64,000 bases of DNA from Desulfosoma sp. GTDB taxonomy: Bacteria > Desulfobacterota > Syntrophobacteria > Syntrophobacterales > DSM-9756. The translations under genes were made by a program, and so were the position numbers. The stretch lies in NCBI GenBank assembly GCA_037481835.1, contig JBBFKW010000002.1, forward strand, positions 64,001-128,000, in the 5' to 3' direction. Each line of letters begins with the position of its first letter. Within the stretch, counting starts at the first letter, position 1. This document shows, one piece after another, positions 1-9,560 of this stretch. Below the pieces are notes generated by a model. It was given only the letters and a program-made list of their open reading frames with translations, did not search any database and was not told where the DNA came from.

Positions 1-707
1 GAGACACCCGCAAGGCCTAACGCGTCTCGAGGGGAACCCCTGTCGCCCGGCGCAGAAAAGGTGTCCAGAGGCTGAGAGGCTGTGGGAATGTCCCGCCGGG
101 TTTGGGCCCTTTCCATGAGGTTTTTTAGGGTCTCAATGACGCTTCGGCGATCATAGGCGGCCTGGGGCGCAAGATTTTCCGCATTGGCAAACGCCTTGTG
201 CTTGTCGTCGGACCATCGGATCGTTTCGATGAGCTTTCGGAAAACTTCGGCGGGGATTTCCTCCCCGAACTCTCCTTCGGAAAAGGCCTCATGTTCGCCC
301 TTTTCCAGCATGGCAATGAGGTCTTCCACCGGAAGAGCGCCTTGGTCTCCCGTGCGGTCCGCCGCCTTCCTTCTCGTTTCGGCCGAGGCGGAAAACGCGG
401 CCAGGATTTCCTGAAGGAGCAGAGGATCGGCGATTTCCAGTTCCGGCTTTTCACTTTTGTCGACGCCGAAAAGCGTCCTTGGAGGTTCGGACAATCGCTC
501 ATTGAGCCGCTTCCGCACAGCCAGAGTGTTCCCTCCGGTCTGAGTGGAAACCGGAACGCGACTCGAAGGTCCCCCGGTGAGAAGATCACTTTGGCGTCGC
601 ATTTCATTCTGGAACGAGCACGAAGCCATGGAACGACCGAGCCTCTGGCGTTCTTGGGACAGGAAACGGCTCACCAATTCTGCATGGTTGATGGACAATC
701 CCTTCAT
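1..707 (-). CDS. Partial CDS running off the left edge; probable flagellar hook-length control protein (FliK) N-terminus
   Basis: Manual translation from ATG at 707 (MKGLSINHAELVSRFLSQERQ...) stays open to base 1. It is absent from the ORF track because it has no stop in the window. A purine-rich RBS and a sigma54 promoter lie upstream. The FliK call rests only on synteny after fliJ/motE. Confidence 0.55.
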   Translation of the reverse strand, partial: MKGLSINHAELVSRFLSQERQRLGRSMASCSFQNEMRRQSDLLTGGPSSRVPVSTQTGGNTLAVRKRLNERLSEPPRTLFGVDKSEKPELEIADPLLLQEILAAFSASAETRRKAADRTGDQGALPVEDLIAMLEKGEHEAFSEGEFGEEIPAEVFRKLIETIRWSDDKHKAFANAENLAPQAAYDRRSVIETLKNLMERAQTRRDIPTASQPLDTFSAPGDRGSPRDALGLAGV

Positions 708-768
708 GCCCGCCCTTCTCTCTCGCCCACGTGAAAGACTCTCGGTTTCTCTCTCGCGAGGCCCTTAG

Positions 769-784
769 AGCAAGGGCGATGCCA
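769..784 (-). promoter_or_regulatory. sigma54 -24/-12 promoter
   Basis: Minus strand reads TGGCATCGCCCTTGCT, matching TGGCAC-N5-TTGC with exact spacing, about 60 bp upstream of the ATG at 707. Confidence 0.8.
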
Positions 785-988
785 GGGGGAAAGTTGTCGA
801 AGAAAGATAGAAAATACAGGTAGATAGTGTTTTTATGGTGCGAGTGGGCAAATGCAATGGGGGAAATTTTTTCTCGGTGCCGAGCAAAACGTGCCTGCGA
901 CCCGCTCGTTTCGCGGGCCGCAGGGCGGTGCTTTCATCGAGAGTCCCTTTTGGGCGGGATGGTCTGGGAGGGGGGAATTCGGGGGCAA

Positions 989-1765
989 TCAGCGGCCGGT
1001 CAAAGCCCGAGAGATCTTGGCGGCTTTTTTGGTTTCCATGGATGCGAGGATCTTAGCGACCTGATCGGGACTCATGAGGCTGATGACTTTCACGGCCAAG
1101 GGTTCTTCCAGGGATTCCAGAAGCTGGCCGGCTTCTTTGGGTTTCATGTTGCCGTAGATCTTGGCCAGAGCCTGAACTTGGGCGTTTCGGGCTTGCTCCC
1201 GTTCTTCTCGAAAGGCCTGGATTTCTTGCTGGGCCTGTTTGATCTTGTCTTGGACGGCGATGAGCTCTTTGAGGCGGTTTTCGATTTCCTGTTCCATTTC
1301 CCGAAGCCGGGCTTCCCTTTCTTTCAGCTCCATTTCCTTGGATTCGAGGAGCCTCTTCTGTTCGCGCATGGCGGCCCACGTCTCCGGGCTGACGGTGGAA
1401 ACGTCGGCGGTGTCCCTGACTTCCTTTGGGGGGTCGGCCTTGGGGGAGACGGCGGCGTGAGCCGTCATGCGCGACGTTTCCTGAGCATGAACATCAGGAA
1501 CGGCCATGGCTTTCGGAGCCTGAGCGAAGAGACCGGGCCATCCCGGGAAGACTCGGACGGCCGTGAGGGAGACCTTGCAGAGCACCAGGAAGACCAGAGC
1601 CGCCAAGGTCACCTTGATGAAGGGGCGTCCCTTGGGGTTTTCTCGCCCCGCATCCCCGTCACGGGAGGGAGTTTTCGTGGATGGGGCCCCCGTCAAAGGA
1701 GCGGACGGCGAATTCGTCGAGTTTTTTCTGTTCTCTTTTCTTTTGATGCCATCGGAACTTTTCAT
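989..1765 (-). CDS. MotE/FlbB-like flagellar protein (coiled coil plus MgtE N-terminal-like domain)
   Basis: N-terminal TM, coiled coil, and C-terminal LAKIYGNMKPKEAGQLLESL...AKILASM. Lies directly after fliJ. The true start is probably downstream of 1765 because the ORF overlaps fliJ by about 100 bp. Confidence 0.75.
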   Translation of the reverse strand: MKSSDGIKRKENRKNSTNSPSAPLTGAPSTKTPSRDGDAGRENPKGRPFIKVTLAALVFLVLCKVSLTAVRVFPGWPGLFAQAPKAMAVPDVHAQETSRMTAHAAVSPKADPPKEVRDTADVSTVSPETWAAMREQKRLLESKEMELKEREARLREMEQEIENRLKELIAVQDKIKQAQQEIQAFREEREQARNAQVQALAKIYGNMKPKEAGQLLESLEEPLAVKVISLMSPDQVAKILASMETKKAAKISRALTGR

Positions 1766-2120
1766 AATCGACCTCTTGGAGGCGTTCCAGCTTTTTCACC
1801 TCTTGATCCCTTTCCAGGAGCAGCCTCTGCTTTTCTTGGACATGGCGCCGGGCGGCGTCCCTGGCCGCCTTAAGTCTTAGCAACTGCTGTTCCAAGACGG
1901 CGAGGTACCTTTGGAAGGCGAGATGTTCTCCCAGGGAAAGGCCGTCCCGGGCCCGTTCCTGCCAGCGCACTCGATAACTTGCCAAGGTTTCTTCCGTTTC
2001 GGCGACAAGCCTTTCCGCTTGGGCGGCCTGTTCCACCGCCCGCGCCAGGGCGACCTGGGCTTCCCGAAGCTGATGCCGGCGGTGAGCCAAAAGTTTGGCG
2101 AATCGAAACACGAACGCCAC
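1659..2120 (-). CDS. fliJ: Flagellar export protein FliJ
   Basis: 153 aa coiled coil beginning MAFVFRFAKLL and ending ...EQKKLDEFA; directly after fliI. Confidence 0.85.
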   Translation of the reverse strand: MAFVFRFAKLLAHRRHQLREAQVALARAVEQAAQAERLVAETEETLASYRVRWQERARDGLSLGEHLAFQRYLAVLEQQLLRLKAARDAARRHVQEKQRLLLERDQEVKKLERLQEVDYEKFRWHQKKREQKKLDEFAVRSFDGGPIHENSLP

Positions 2121-2135
2121 GGGTCTTGCTCCAGG

Positions 2136-3491
2136 TTATTCGCTGTGAAAGAGTTCCTTCAGAGCGCGGTGGGCGTCTTCGATGGAACAGCGTTCTTCTA
2201 CGGGCTGGCGCAGATAATCGTTCAGCTTGTCGATCATCTGCACGGCATAGTCCGTCGCCGGGTGACTGCCCCGCACGTAGGCGCCGATTTGGATCATGTC
2301 CTCACTGCGTTTGTAGTCTGCGAAGATTTCAATGAAGCGGGTGGCGAGGGTTTTGATTTCGGGGTCCAGGATGCGGTCTGTCAATCGGCTGACGCTTTTC
2401 AGCGGATGGATGGCCGGGTAGTGGCGACGTTGGGCCAAGTCCCGATCGAGCACGATATGGCCGTCCAGGATGGAGCGGACCGTATCGGCGATGGGATCGT
2501 CCAGATCGTCTCCTTCCACGAGGACGGTGTAGATGCCTGTGATGCTCGCCCTGTCGAAACTTCCGGCCCGTTCCAGCAGCTGAGGCAGAAGACCGAAGAC
2601 GCTGGGCGGGTATCCCTTCGTTGCGGGCGGTTCCCCGGCGGCCAGGCCGATTTCTCGGGCGGCCATGGCGAATCGCGTGACGGAATCCATCATGAAGAGG
2701 ACATCCAGCCCCTGGTCCCGGAAGAATTCGGCGACGGCGCAGGCCACGTAGGCGGCCCGCACCCGCACCGTGGCAGGTTGATCGGACGTGGCCACGACGA
2801 CCACCGAGCGGCGCCGGCCGTCTTCGCCCAATTCCGATTCCAGAAATTCGTTGACCTCCCGGCCTCGTTCGCCGATCAGGGCGATCACGTTCACCGGAGC
2901 CGACGTGTAACGGGCCATCATGCCGAGGAGCGTGCTTTTGCCTACCCCCGATCCCGCAAAGATGCCCATGCGCTGGCCCTTGCCGATGGGCAAAAGGGCA
3001 TTGATGGCACGAATGCCCACGTCCAACTGTTTGGAAATGATGGGCCGGGTCAGGGGGTTGGGCGTGGGGGTGCGCAGAGGATAGGGGATGCCGTCGGAAA
3101 TCGGACCGGCGTCGTCCAAGGGTTGAGCCATGCCGTCGATGACGCGGCCCAGGAGAGCGAGGGACACGGGGCACGTCGAGGATTTCGGGTCCAGGGCGAC
3201 CCTGTCTCCGGGGGCCAGGTTCCGCAGAGGCGACAGGGGGCTGAGCTTGAGGCGCCGCCCGACGAAACCCACGGTTTCGGCGACCACGGGAGGCGCCTCG
3301 TCTCGTGGAAAAATACGGCAGATGTCGCCAACGGTGGCTTCCAAGCCGACGGCTTCGATGAGATTGCCGACGACGGCGGACACCTTACCGTAAATCGTCC
3401 AGGGCGCCGCTTCGTTCACCGCGGCGAGCGCCGGCCTCAGGCCGAGGTAATCGTCGGGGGCTGCGGTGGGGGATTCAGCTTGGGCTTTCAT
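2136..3491 (-). CDS. fliI: Flagellar export ATPase FliI
   Basis: Walker A GSGVGKS, IGERGREV, MDSVTRFAMA, GEPPATKGYPPS, ILDGHIVL. Confidence 0.97.
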   Translation of the reverse strand: MKAQAESPTAAPDDYLGLRPALAAVNEAAPWTIYGKVSAVVGNLIEAVGLEATVGDICRIFPRDEAPPVVAETVGFVGRRLKLSPLSPLRNLAPGDRVALDPKSSTCPVSLALLGRVIDGMAQPLDDAGPISDGIPYPLRTPTPNPLTRPIISKQLDVGIRAINALLPIGKGQRMGIFAGSGVGKSTLLGMMARYTSAPVNVIALIGERGREVNEFLESELGEDGRRRSVVVVATSDQPATVRVRAAYVACAVAEFFRDQGLDVLFMMDSVTRFAMAAREIGLAAGEPPATKGYPPSVFGLLPQLLERAGSFDRASITGIYTVLVEGDDLDDPIADTVRSILDGHIVLDRDLAQRRHYPAIHPLKSVSRLTDRILDPEIKTLATRFIEIFADYKRSEDMIQIGAYVRGSHPATDYAVQMIDKLNDYLRQPVEERCSIEDAHRALKELFHSE

Positions 3492-4212
3492 GGGCGAAGA
3501 GGACCTCGCGCAAATTTTTCAGCCGGGTTTCCACCAGCGCATCGATTTCCTGGAGGGCACTGTGCACCCGGCAGCCCCCTCGGCTGATGTGGGGATCCAG
3601 TGCGATCCTCACCGTCCCGGCGCCTTCCACCGGCGCCGATAACCATCGCTCCAAGATGCTGTGTTTTTGTAAAAGATCCCGATCCTTGGGGTGGAGAACG
3701 ATGGTGATGGCCTGGGATCGGTCCATGTGATCGAGAATTTCATCCACAAGCTTTTCCAAAACGGAAGGATTCACAGTAACGGCGGCCTGGAAAAGATGCC
3801 GGGAGAGGGCCAAAGCAGCCTCGAGGAGCCACTGGCGGTAATCGCCGAGGACCCGGGCAGGCAGCGCCTCCAGGGAAACCGCCACAGCGTCCAAGCGCTC
3901 CCGTATTTTTTCGATGCTGCTTGCGCCGAAGGCGTAGCCGTCCTTGCGTCCCTGTTCGTATCCCTTTTGGTAAGCTTCCCTTTCCAGTTCTTCGGCGCGC
4001 CTTTCCGCCTCCAACAGGCGCTGGCGGATCACCTGTTCCAATTCGTCCAGAGGGTTCGCGCCATCGGCCTCGCCCTTGGAAGCGTCCTCGCGAGGGCTCG
4101 AGAAAGGATCCGCCGGGTGGCGGCCTTCGCCGGGTTCGGCTTCCAGCGGTTCGAAGGCAAAGCGTGTCCAGCCTGCTGGGGCGGTTCCTTTGAGCACTTT
4201 AAACGAGGGCAT
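3475..4212 (-). CDS. fliH: Flagellar assembly protein FliH
   Basis: AxxxGxxxG repeats (AYQKGYEQGRKDG), HPKD, ISRGGC; between fliG and fliI. Confidence 0.92.
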   Translation of the reverse strand: MPSFKVLKGTAPAGWTRFAFEPLEAEPGEGRHPADPFSSPREDASKGEADGANPLDELEQVIRQRLLEAERRAEELEREAYQKGYEQGRKDGYAFGASSIEKIRERLDAVAVSLEALPARVLGDYRQWLLEAALALSRHLFQAAVTVNPSVLEKLVDEILDHMDRSQAITIVLHPKDRDLLQKHSILERWLSAPVEGAGTVRIALDPHISRGGCRVHSALQEIDALVETRLKNLREVLFAHESPS

Positions 4213-5200
4213 CGCCTCCGTCTCCTCTGGCCAGCATGAGCCGACCTTCCTTTTCCAGCTTGCGCGCCACGTTGAGGATGTTGCGCTGTGCCGCTTCCAC
4301 GTCGCTCAAGCGCACTGGGCCCATGACCTCCATGTCTTCCAGGAGCATCTGGGCGGCCCGTTGGGACAAATTCTTGAGGATCTTCTGCTTGACTTCCTCG
4401 GAAGCGGTCTTGAGGGCCAGGGTCAGGTCTTCGTTGCTGATTTCCTTCAAAAGCTCCCGGATGCCCGAGTCGTTGACGTTTACCAGATCGTCGAACACAA
4501 ACATGAGGTTGCGGACGCTGTCGGCAAGCTCCGCATCGTAATCTTCCAGGGCCTGCAAGATATTGTCGCTGGTGCGGCGATCGCAGCGGTTTAGGAGTTC
4601 CGCCACCGTCTGGACGCCGCCTACGACCTTGTAGCCTTCATCGGCCATGGACAGAAGTTCCTTCTCCAGGACTTCATCCACTTCACGGAGCAAATCGGGC
4701 GGAACCGTTTCCAGCGTGGCGATCCGGTTCGTCACTTCAAACTGCAGATTTTCGGGAAGAAGCGACAGCACTTCGCTCGCCTTCTCATGTTCCAGGTGGA
4801 CAAGGATGATGGCGATGGTCTGAGGGTGTTCGTTCTTGATGAAATTGGCCAGCACCCGCGAATCCACGTCCTGCAGGTTCTTGAACGGGATCTTTTGGTT
4901 TTCCTCTTCGATCTTGCTCAGTACCGCCCCGGCTTCCTCCGGAGGGAGCACGGCCGGCAGAAGCTTTTTCAAGAAGATGTTGCCGGGGATTTGGACAGGT
5001 TGTTCGCGTTCCAGGTTCTGGAGGAACTCTTTGAGCAGTTCATCCACGGTGTCGTTGCCCACCGTGTCCAAGCGGGCGATTTGGGAGCCCAGCTTTTGGA
5101 TTTCCTGAGGGGTGAGGTTCTTGAGGATTTGGGCGGAACCTTTTTCCCCCAATGCCAGGAGCACGGCGGCCGCTTTCTGGAGACCCGTGAGTTTCGCCAT
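4199..5200 (-). CDS. fliG: Flagellar motor switch protein FliG
   Basis: LTGLQKAAAVL, EHPQTIA, GG hinge, MFVFDDL, GPVRLSDVEAAQ. Confidence 0.97.
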   Translation of the reverse strand: MAKLTGLQKAAAVLLALGEKGSAQILKNLTPQEIQKLGSQIARLDTVGNDTVDELLKEFLQNLEREQPVQIPGNIFLKKLLPAVLPPEEAGAVLSKIEEENQKIPFKNLQDVDSRVLANFIKNEHPQTIAIILVHLEHEKASEVLSLLPENLQFEVTNRIATLETVPPDLLREVDEVLEKELLSMADEGYKVVGGVQTVAELLNRCDRRTSDNILQALEDYDAELADSVRNLMFVFDDLVNVNDSGIRELLKEISNEDLTLALKTASEEVKQKILKNLSQRAAQMLLEDMEVMGPVRLSDVEAAQRNILNVARKLEKEGRLMLARGDGGDALV

Positions 5201-5203
5201 GGC

Positions 5204-6793
5204 CTAGGCCTCCTCGCGCATCCAGGAGCGGATGATGTGCGCCGCCTGCATGGGGTTTTCCTCGACAAGGGCAATGACCCGGTCCCGCAAAGGCAGGGCG
5301 TGCGGCCCTTCAAGCAGTTCTTCCGACGCTCCTTCGGGAAGGGCGGGAGGCAACTGGGGCGCTGCGGCGTGCTCACCCATTTTCTGAAACCGCTTCATGA
5401 AAGGGCGGACCACGAAGGCAAAGACCAAGACCGTGAGAAGCACGTTCAAAAGGAGCTGCTGGTGCTTTCGCAGCAAAGCCACGTACTTGTTTTCCACAGC
5501 CAGGGGCCCCGTCTGGACGTCTTCGCCGGCAAAAGCCACATTGGAGACGGTCACCTGATCCCCACGACCGTCATCGAATCCCACGGCTTTCTTGACCAGC
5601 TCTTCAAGGGTCTTTAGCTCTTGCGGGCTCCGACCCACAAAAACTTTTTCCGCAGCGCCGTTCTGCCCCGCCTGCGTCTGATAGGGGCCGTCCACGATGA
5701 CGGCCACGGAAAGCTTCTTGATGGTTCCAGGAGAGCGCACGATTTGGCGGTTCACTCGGTTGATCTCGTAGTTGACCGTTTCTTTTTGCCGGTTGAAACT
5801 CTTTTGCTGCTTTTCCTCCGATTCCAAGACCTTGCCTTCGATGTTGATGGGAGCGTCCGGGTTGCCTCGAGCTTGGGGGGAGGCCCCTTGGGAATTTTCC
5901 AGGGTTCGTTGCTGGCTTCGAACGACGGCGCTGTCAGGGTCATAGACATCTTCGGCGATCTGGATGCGGCTGAAATCCAGCTCTACGGACACCTGCGCCA
6001 CAACCTTGTCCATGCCCACCACCCTGGCGAGCATCCCTTCCACTTTGGATCGCAATTCTTCTTCCAGCCGGTTTTTGATTTCCCATTGGGCCGGGCTCAT
6101 TTCCTGGCCGTCCCCATTCCCTTCCTTCTTATAGAACACCTTCCCGTCGGTGCTCATGATGGTGACATTTTCGGGATCCAGCCCCTTGACGGCGCTGGAG
6201 ACCAAATGGGCCACGGCCTGGAGCTGTTTGGATCCGAGCTTGGCTCCCGGCTTCAGCTTGAGGAAAACCGACGCCCGGGGCGGCTTTCGATCCTCGACGA
6301 AAAGCGTCTCTTCCGGCAGGGTCAGATGGACCCGGCATTCCTGGACTTCTTCCATCTGGGAAATGGTGCGGCCCAATTCGCCCTGGAGGGCTCTTTGGTA
6401 ATTGATCTGCTGGACGAATTCCGTGCTTCCCAACCGCTGCTGGTCGAAGATTTCGAAGCCGACACCGGACCCTTTGGGGAGGCCTTCGGAGGCCAACACA
6501 AGGCGCGTCTCGTAAAGTTTTTCCTTGGGGACGGAGACGGCGTGGGATCCCGTCAGCTTATAGGGAATCTTCTTCTCTTTGAGGACATTGACGACAGCGG
6601 CCAAGTCGGCTTCGGACAAGTCCGAAAGAAGCGGCGCATAGTCCACTCGATTGAAAGTGTAAACAAGGTAAGCCAAACTGCCGGCGAGCAGGAGGGTGGA
6701 GCCGATGGAAAGGATTTTTTGAGGAAGGGATAGGTGCGCGAAGCTTTCGCGGGCCTTGCTGAAAATGAGTCTCAATTTGTCCATGATTCGCAC
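5204..6793 (-). CDS. fliF: Flagellar M-ring protein FliF
   Basis: Two TMs, GFEIFD, YQRALQGELGRTI, RVHL, KLSVAVIVDG. Start may be the ATG at 6784. Confidence 0.96.
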   Translation of the reverse strand: MRIMDKLRLIFSKARESFAHLSLPQKILSIGSTLLLAGSLAYLVYTFNRVDYAPLLSDLSEADLAAVVNVLKEKKIPYKLTGSHAVSVPKEKLYETRLVLASEGLPKGSGVGFEIFDQQRLGSTEFVQQINYQRALQGELGRTISQMEEVQECRVHLTLPEETLFVEDRKPPRASVFLKLKPGAKLGSKQLQAVAHLVSSAVKGLDPENVTIMSTDGKVFYKKEGNGDGQEMSPAQWEIKNRLEEELRSKVEGMLARVVGMDKVVAQVSVELDFSRIQIAEDVYDPDSAVVRSQQRTLENSQGASPQARGNPDAPINIEGKVLESEEKQQKSFNRQKETVNYEINRVNRQIVRSPGTIKKLSVAVIVDGPYQTQAGQNGAAEKVFVGRSPQELKTLEELVKKAVGFDDGRGDQVTVSNVAFAGEDVQTGPLAVENKYVALLRKHQQLLLNVLLTVLVFAFVVRPFMKRFQKMGEHAAAPQLPPALPEGASEELLEGPHALPLRDRVIALVEENPMQAAHIIRSWMREEA

Positions 6794-6810
6794 GCCTCTT
6801 TTTCACGGTT

Positions 6811-7107
6811 CTAGAACTGCATGCGCATCACTTCGTGGTAGGCTTCCAAGGCCTTGTCCCGGACACGCATGAGCATCTTCAGGCCGATCTCCGCTTCCTG
6901 AAGCACGATCATGCTTTCGTGGATGTTTACCGCACCGCGAAGGGCGCCGTCTTCCATGGCCTTTTCGGCGTTGTTTTGAAGCGTGTTGACCTGTCCCACG
7001 GCGTTTTTGAGTTCCGCGGCAAAGGAGGGTTCCCGGCCGGATCCCGGTGCGTCGCGGAGCACCTCGACGGCTTTAGGGGTTTCGCTCCAGGGGCCTTGGA
7101 TACGCAT
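6811..7107 (-). CDS. fliE: Flagellar hook-basal body protein FliE
   Basis: C-terminal IHESMIVLQEA...VRDKALEAYHEVMRMQF. Confidence 0.95.
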   Translation of the reverse strand: MRIQGPWSETPKAVEVLRDAPGSGREPSFAAELKNAVGQVNTLQNNAEKAMEDGALRGAVNIHESMIVLQEAEIGLKMLMRVRDKALEAYHEVMRMQF

Positions 7108-7129
7108 GGAATCGCTCTCCTATGGCGCC

Positions 7130-7567
7130 TCAGCGGCCCAGTTCCAGGGCCTTGAGGGCTAGGGTTTTGGCGGTGTTCAGCGCAGCCAGGTTGGCTTCGT
7201 AGGAACGGGCGGCGTTGAGCATGTTGGCCATTTCTTCCACGGGGTTGATGTTTGGCAGGCGCACCATCCCGTCGGCGTCGGCATCCGGATGGTTCGGGTC
7301 GTAGACCATCTTAAAATCCCGCCCGTCCGGCACGACGGCGACAACGTCCACCCGTTCCAGTTCCCCTTCCGCCGCTTCGCGCAGGAGGGCGTCGAAACTT
7401 TCATCGTTCGGCACACTTTCGTAGATCAAGGTCTTGCGGCGATAGGGCGTTCCTTCGGCGGTTCGGGTCGTGTTGATGTTGGCCAGGTTGGCCGAAAGGA
7501 CGTTGATCCACGCGCGATGGGCCCGAAGTCCCGATGCGCTGATTTTCATGGAAGTTTCAAAGTCCAT
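7130..7567 (-). CDS. flgC: Flagellar basal-body rod protein FlgC
   Basis: MDFETSMKISASGL...NLANINTT...PYRRK, YDPNHPDAD, NPVEEMANM..ARSYEAN. ATG at 7567 overlaps the flgB stop; the ORF track over-extends it to 8041. Confidence 0.96.
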   Translation of the reverse strand: MDFETSMKISASGLRAHRAWINVLSANLANINTTRTAEGTPYRRKTLIYESVPNDESFDALLREAAEGELERVDVVAVVPDGRDFKMVYDPNHPDADADGMVRLPNINPVEEMANMLNAARSYEANLAALNTAKTLALKALELGR

Positions 7568-7953
7568 CAGCGCCCTCCTTCGATGGCTGTGCGCAGCAGG
7601 GTAAACTTCTTGTTGAGCAGGGTCAGCATGAACTGGTACTCCACGCTGTTGTGCGCCAGAAGCGTCATTTCCGCGTCCAAATCCACGGGACCCGTTTCCA
7701 CCACTTCGGGCTCCTTGAGGATGTCTTCCACGGATGAGGGATCGCGATGAAGGGGCGATGTGCGCACCAGAGAAATCCCGCCTTCTTCCAGCGACTCCTT
7801 CAAGGCGTCCTCGAAGGACAAACGCTTGGCCACGTAACGCGGCGTGTTCATGTTGGCCAGGTTGGCGGCCGCAACCTTCTGGTTGAGGGCGCTCAGGTTG
7901 AGCCGGTCCTCCATGAGCCCCACGGTGCGATCGATGGGATGTGTCCCTGCCAT
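7567..7953 (-). CDS. flgB: Flagellar basal-body rod protein FlgB
   Basis: AANLANMNTPRY, VDLDAEM; GGAGG RBS before ATG at 7953. Confidence 0.94.
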   Translation of the reverse strand: MAGTHPIDRTVGLMEDRLNLSALNQKVAAANLANMNTPRYVAKRLSFEDALKESLEEGGISLVRTSPLHRDPSSVEDILKEPEVVETGPVDLDAEMTLLAHNSVEYQFMLTLLNKKFTLLRTAIEGGR

Positions 7954-8036
7954 GGCCTCCTCCAACGATGATCTTCTCAACTCTTATCCCACAGGGGCGC
8001 GGGAATTGCGCCTTCCCGACTCCGTTTTTCAGGAGT

Positions 8037-8052
8037 TGCAAGGCCTATACCA
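8037..8052 (-). promoter_or_regulatory. sigma54 -24/-12 promoter of the flgB operon
   Basis: Minus strand reads TGGTATAGGCCTTGCA, about 85 bp upstream of flgB. Confidence 0.8.
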
Positions 8053-8150
8053 GAGCCCAGGTGCCGTTTTTCATGGACACGGCGGGTTCCCGGCCCGGGG
8101 ATTCCTGGAGATCGCCAAATCATTGACGAGGTGGGAGCCCCCGGAGTGTG

Positions 8151-9560
8151 TCAAGCGCCTGACGATTCGGTGCGGAGGGCCTCCGGAAAATCTTGGGCGT
8201 ATTCATGGAGTTTGTTTCGAAGGGTTCGGACGCTGATCCCCAGGATTTCGGCGGCTCGGGTGCGGTTTCCGTCGGTTGTGGCCAGAGCCTTTTGGATCAT
8301 GCGGCGTTCCATGTCTTCCAGGCTCATGAGGGGAAACGGCCCTTCGGGGGTGTCTTCCACAGGGTCCAATTCCAGGTCGTCGGGTTCCAAAACGGGCCCT
8401 TCGCAGAGGAGCACGGCCCTTTGCAGGACGTTTTCCAGTTCCCGCACGTTTCCGGGCCAGGTGTAGGCCTGGAGCTTTCGAATGGCTTCCTCGGAGGCTT
8501 TCCGCGCGGAAGAGCCGTGGATTTTTTCGAAGCGCCGCAGGAAGTATTCCACCAGCACGGGGATGTCGTCCAAGCGCTCACGGAGGGGTGGAATTTTCAG
8601 GGGAATCACGTTCAGCCGATAATAAAGGTCCTTGCGGAAGCGCTGTTCTTTTACCGCTTCCGCCACGTTGAGGTTGGTGGTGGTGAGGACCCGCACATCG
8701 ATGGGGACGGGGTAGCGGCCGCCAAGGCGGTCGATTTCCCCTTCCTGCAGGACACGCAAGAGTTTGGCCTGGAGGTGGATGGGGATTTCGGTGATTTCGT
8801 CCAGGAGAAGCGTTCCCTGATGGGCGAGTTCGAACTTGCCTTTGCGCAACCGGTTGGCTCCCGTGAAGGCGCCTTTTTCGTAGCCGAAAAGTTCGCTTTC
8901 CAGGAGGCTTTCGGGCAGGGCCGCGCAGTTGACGGCCAAGAAGGGGCCGCGGGCCCGGTGGCTGTGCCGGTGAATGTAGCGGGCGAAGAGTTCCTTTCCC
9001 GTGCCGCTTTCTCCCTGGATGAAAACCGTGGCGTTGCTGGTGGCCACCTTGAGGGCGACGGCTTTGAGTTTCAGCATGGCGGCGTTGCGGGTGATGATCT
9101 CATCGCCCGATGCCCATTTAGACGGGGCGGCCTCCCGGGCCTCGCCTTGACGGCGCTCGTCCAGCCATGCCAGGGTTTGCATGAGTCGTTCGCGGCTTAC
9201 GGGAAGGACCCAAAAATCCTGGGCGCCTCGTTGCATGGCCTGGACGGCCAGTTCCAGGGAAGGCTCGGCGCTGAGGACGATGACGGGGAAAGAATCGTCC
9301 AGGGACTGGACGTGTTCAAGAAATTCCAAGGCCTCGGCCCCCGTGCCGTTGACGGCGATGAAAGCCGCCTGGGGAGGGTCTTTTTCCAGGAGCGACAGGG
9401 CCTGGGGCACGGTTCTGACCACGGTGCACCGGTGCCCCAGGTCTTCTACCATGGAGCGCACCGGGGAGGCCGGGGCCGGCCGACTTTCCAGCAGAGCCAC
9501 GTGCATCGGATCCATGGTCCCTTTCTTGCGATCCAGGAGGGCTGCGCTTTCGGTCGTCAT
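8151..9560 (-). CDS. sigma54-dependent enhancer-binding transcriptional activator (pseudo-REC, AAA+, Fis HTH); probable flagellar regulator
   Basis: GESGTGKE, ESELFG, GAFTGA, LLDEI, WPGNVRELEN and a C-terminal HTH. ATG at 9560 overlaps the TPR gene stop (ATGA). Confidence 0.93.
   Translation of the reverse strand: MTTESAALLDRKKGTMDPMHVALLESRPAPASPVRSMVEDLGHRCTVVRTVPQALSLLEKDPPQAAFIAVNGTGAEALEFLEHVQSLDDSFPVIVLSAEPSLELAVQAMQRGAQDFWVLPVSRERLMQTLAWLDERRQGEAREAAPSKWASGDEIITRNAAMLKLKAVALKVATSNATVFIQGESGTGKELFARYIHRHSHRARGPFLAVNCAALPESLLESELFGYEKGAFTGANRLRKGKFELAHQGTLLLDEITEIPIHLQAKLLRVLQEGEIDRLGGRYPVPIDVRVLTTTNLNVAEAVKEQRFRKDLYYRLNVIPLKIPPLRERLDDIPVLVEYFLRRFEKIHGSSARKASEEAIRKLQAYTWPGNVRELENVLQRAVLLCEGPVLEPDDLELDPVEDTPEGPFPLMSLEDMERRMIQKALATTDGNRTRAAEILGISVRTLRNKLHEYAQDFPEALRTESSGA

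Noticed and set aside
1911..3587. Long opposite-strand ORFs (e.g. 1911-3587 +, 8193-9665 +, 29495-31762 -, 37372-39516 -, 53098-54633 +)
   Set aside because: Antisense shadows of well-supported genes in high-GC DNA; no motifs or RBS.
7130..8041. 303-aa FlgC, and similarly extended EcfA (17457-18818), PhnM (to 60772) and TPR (to 12424) ORFs
   Set aside because: The extensions overlap upstream genes or promoters; internal starts with RBS or ATGA coupling fit better.
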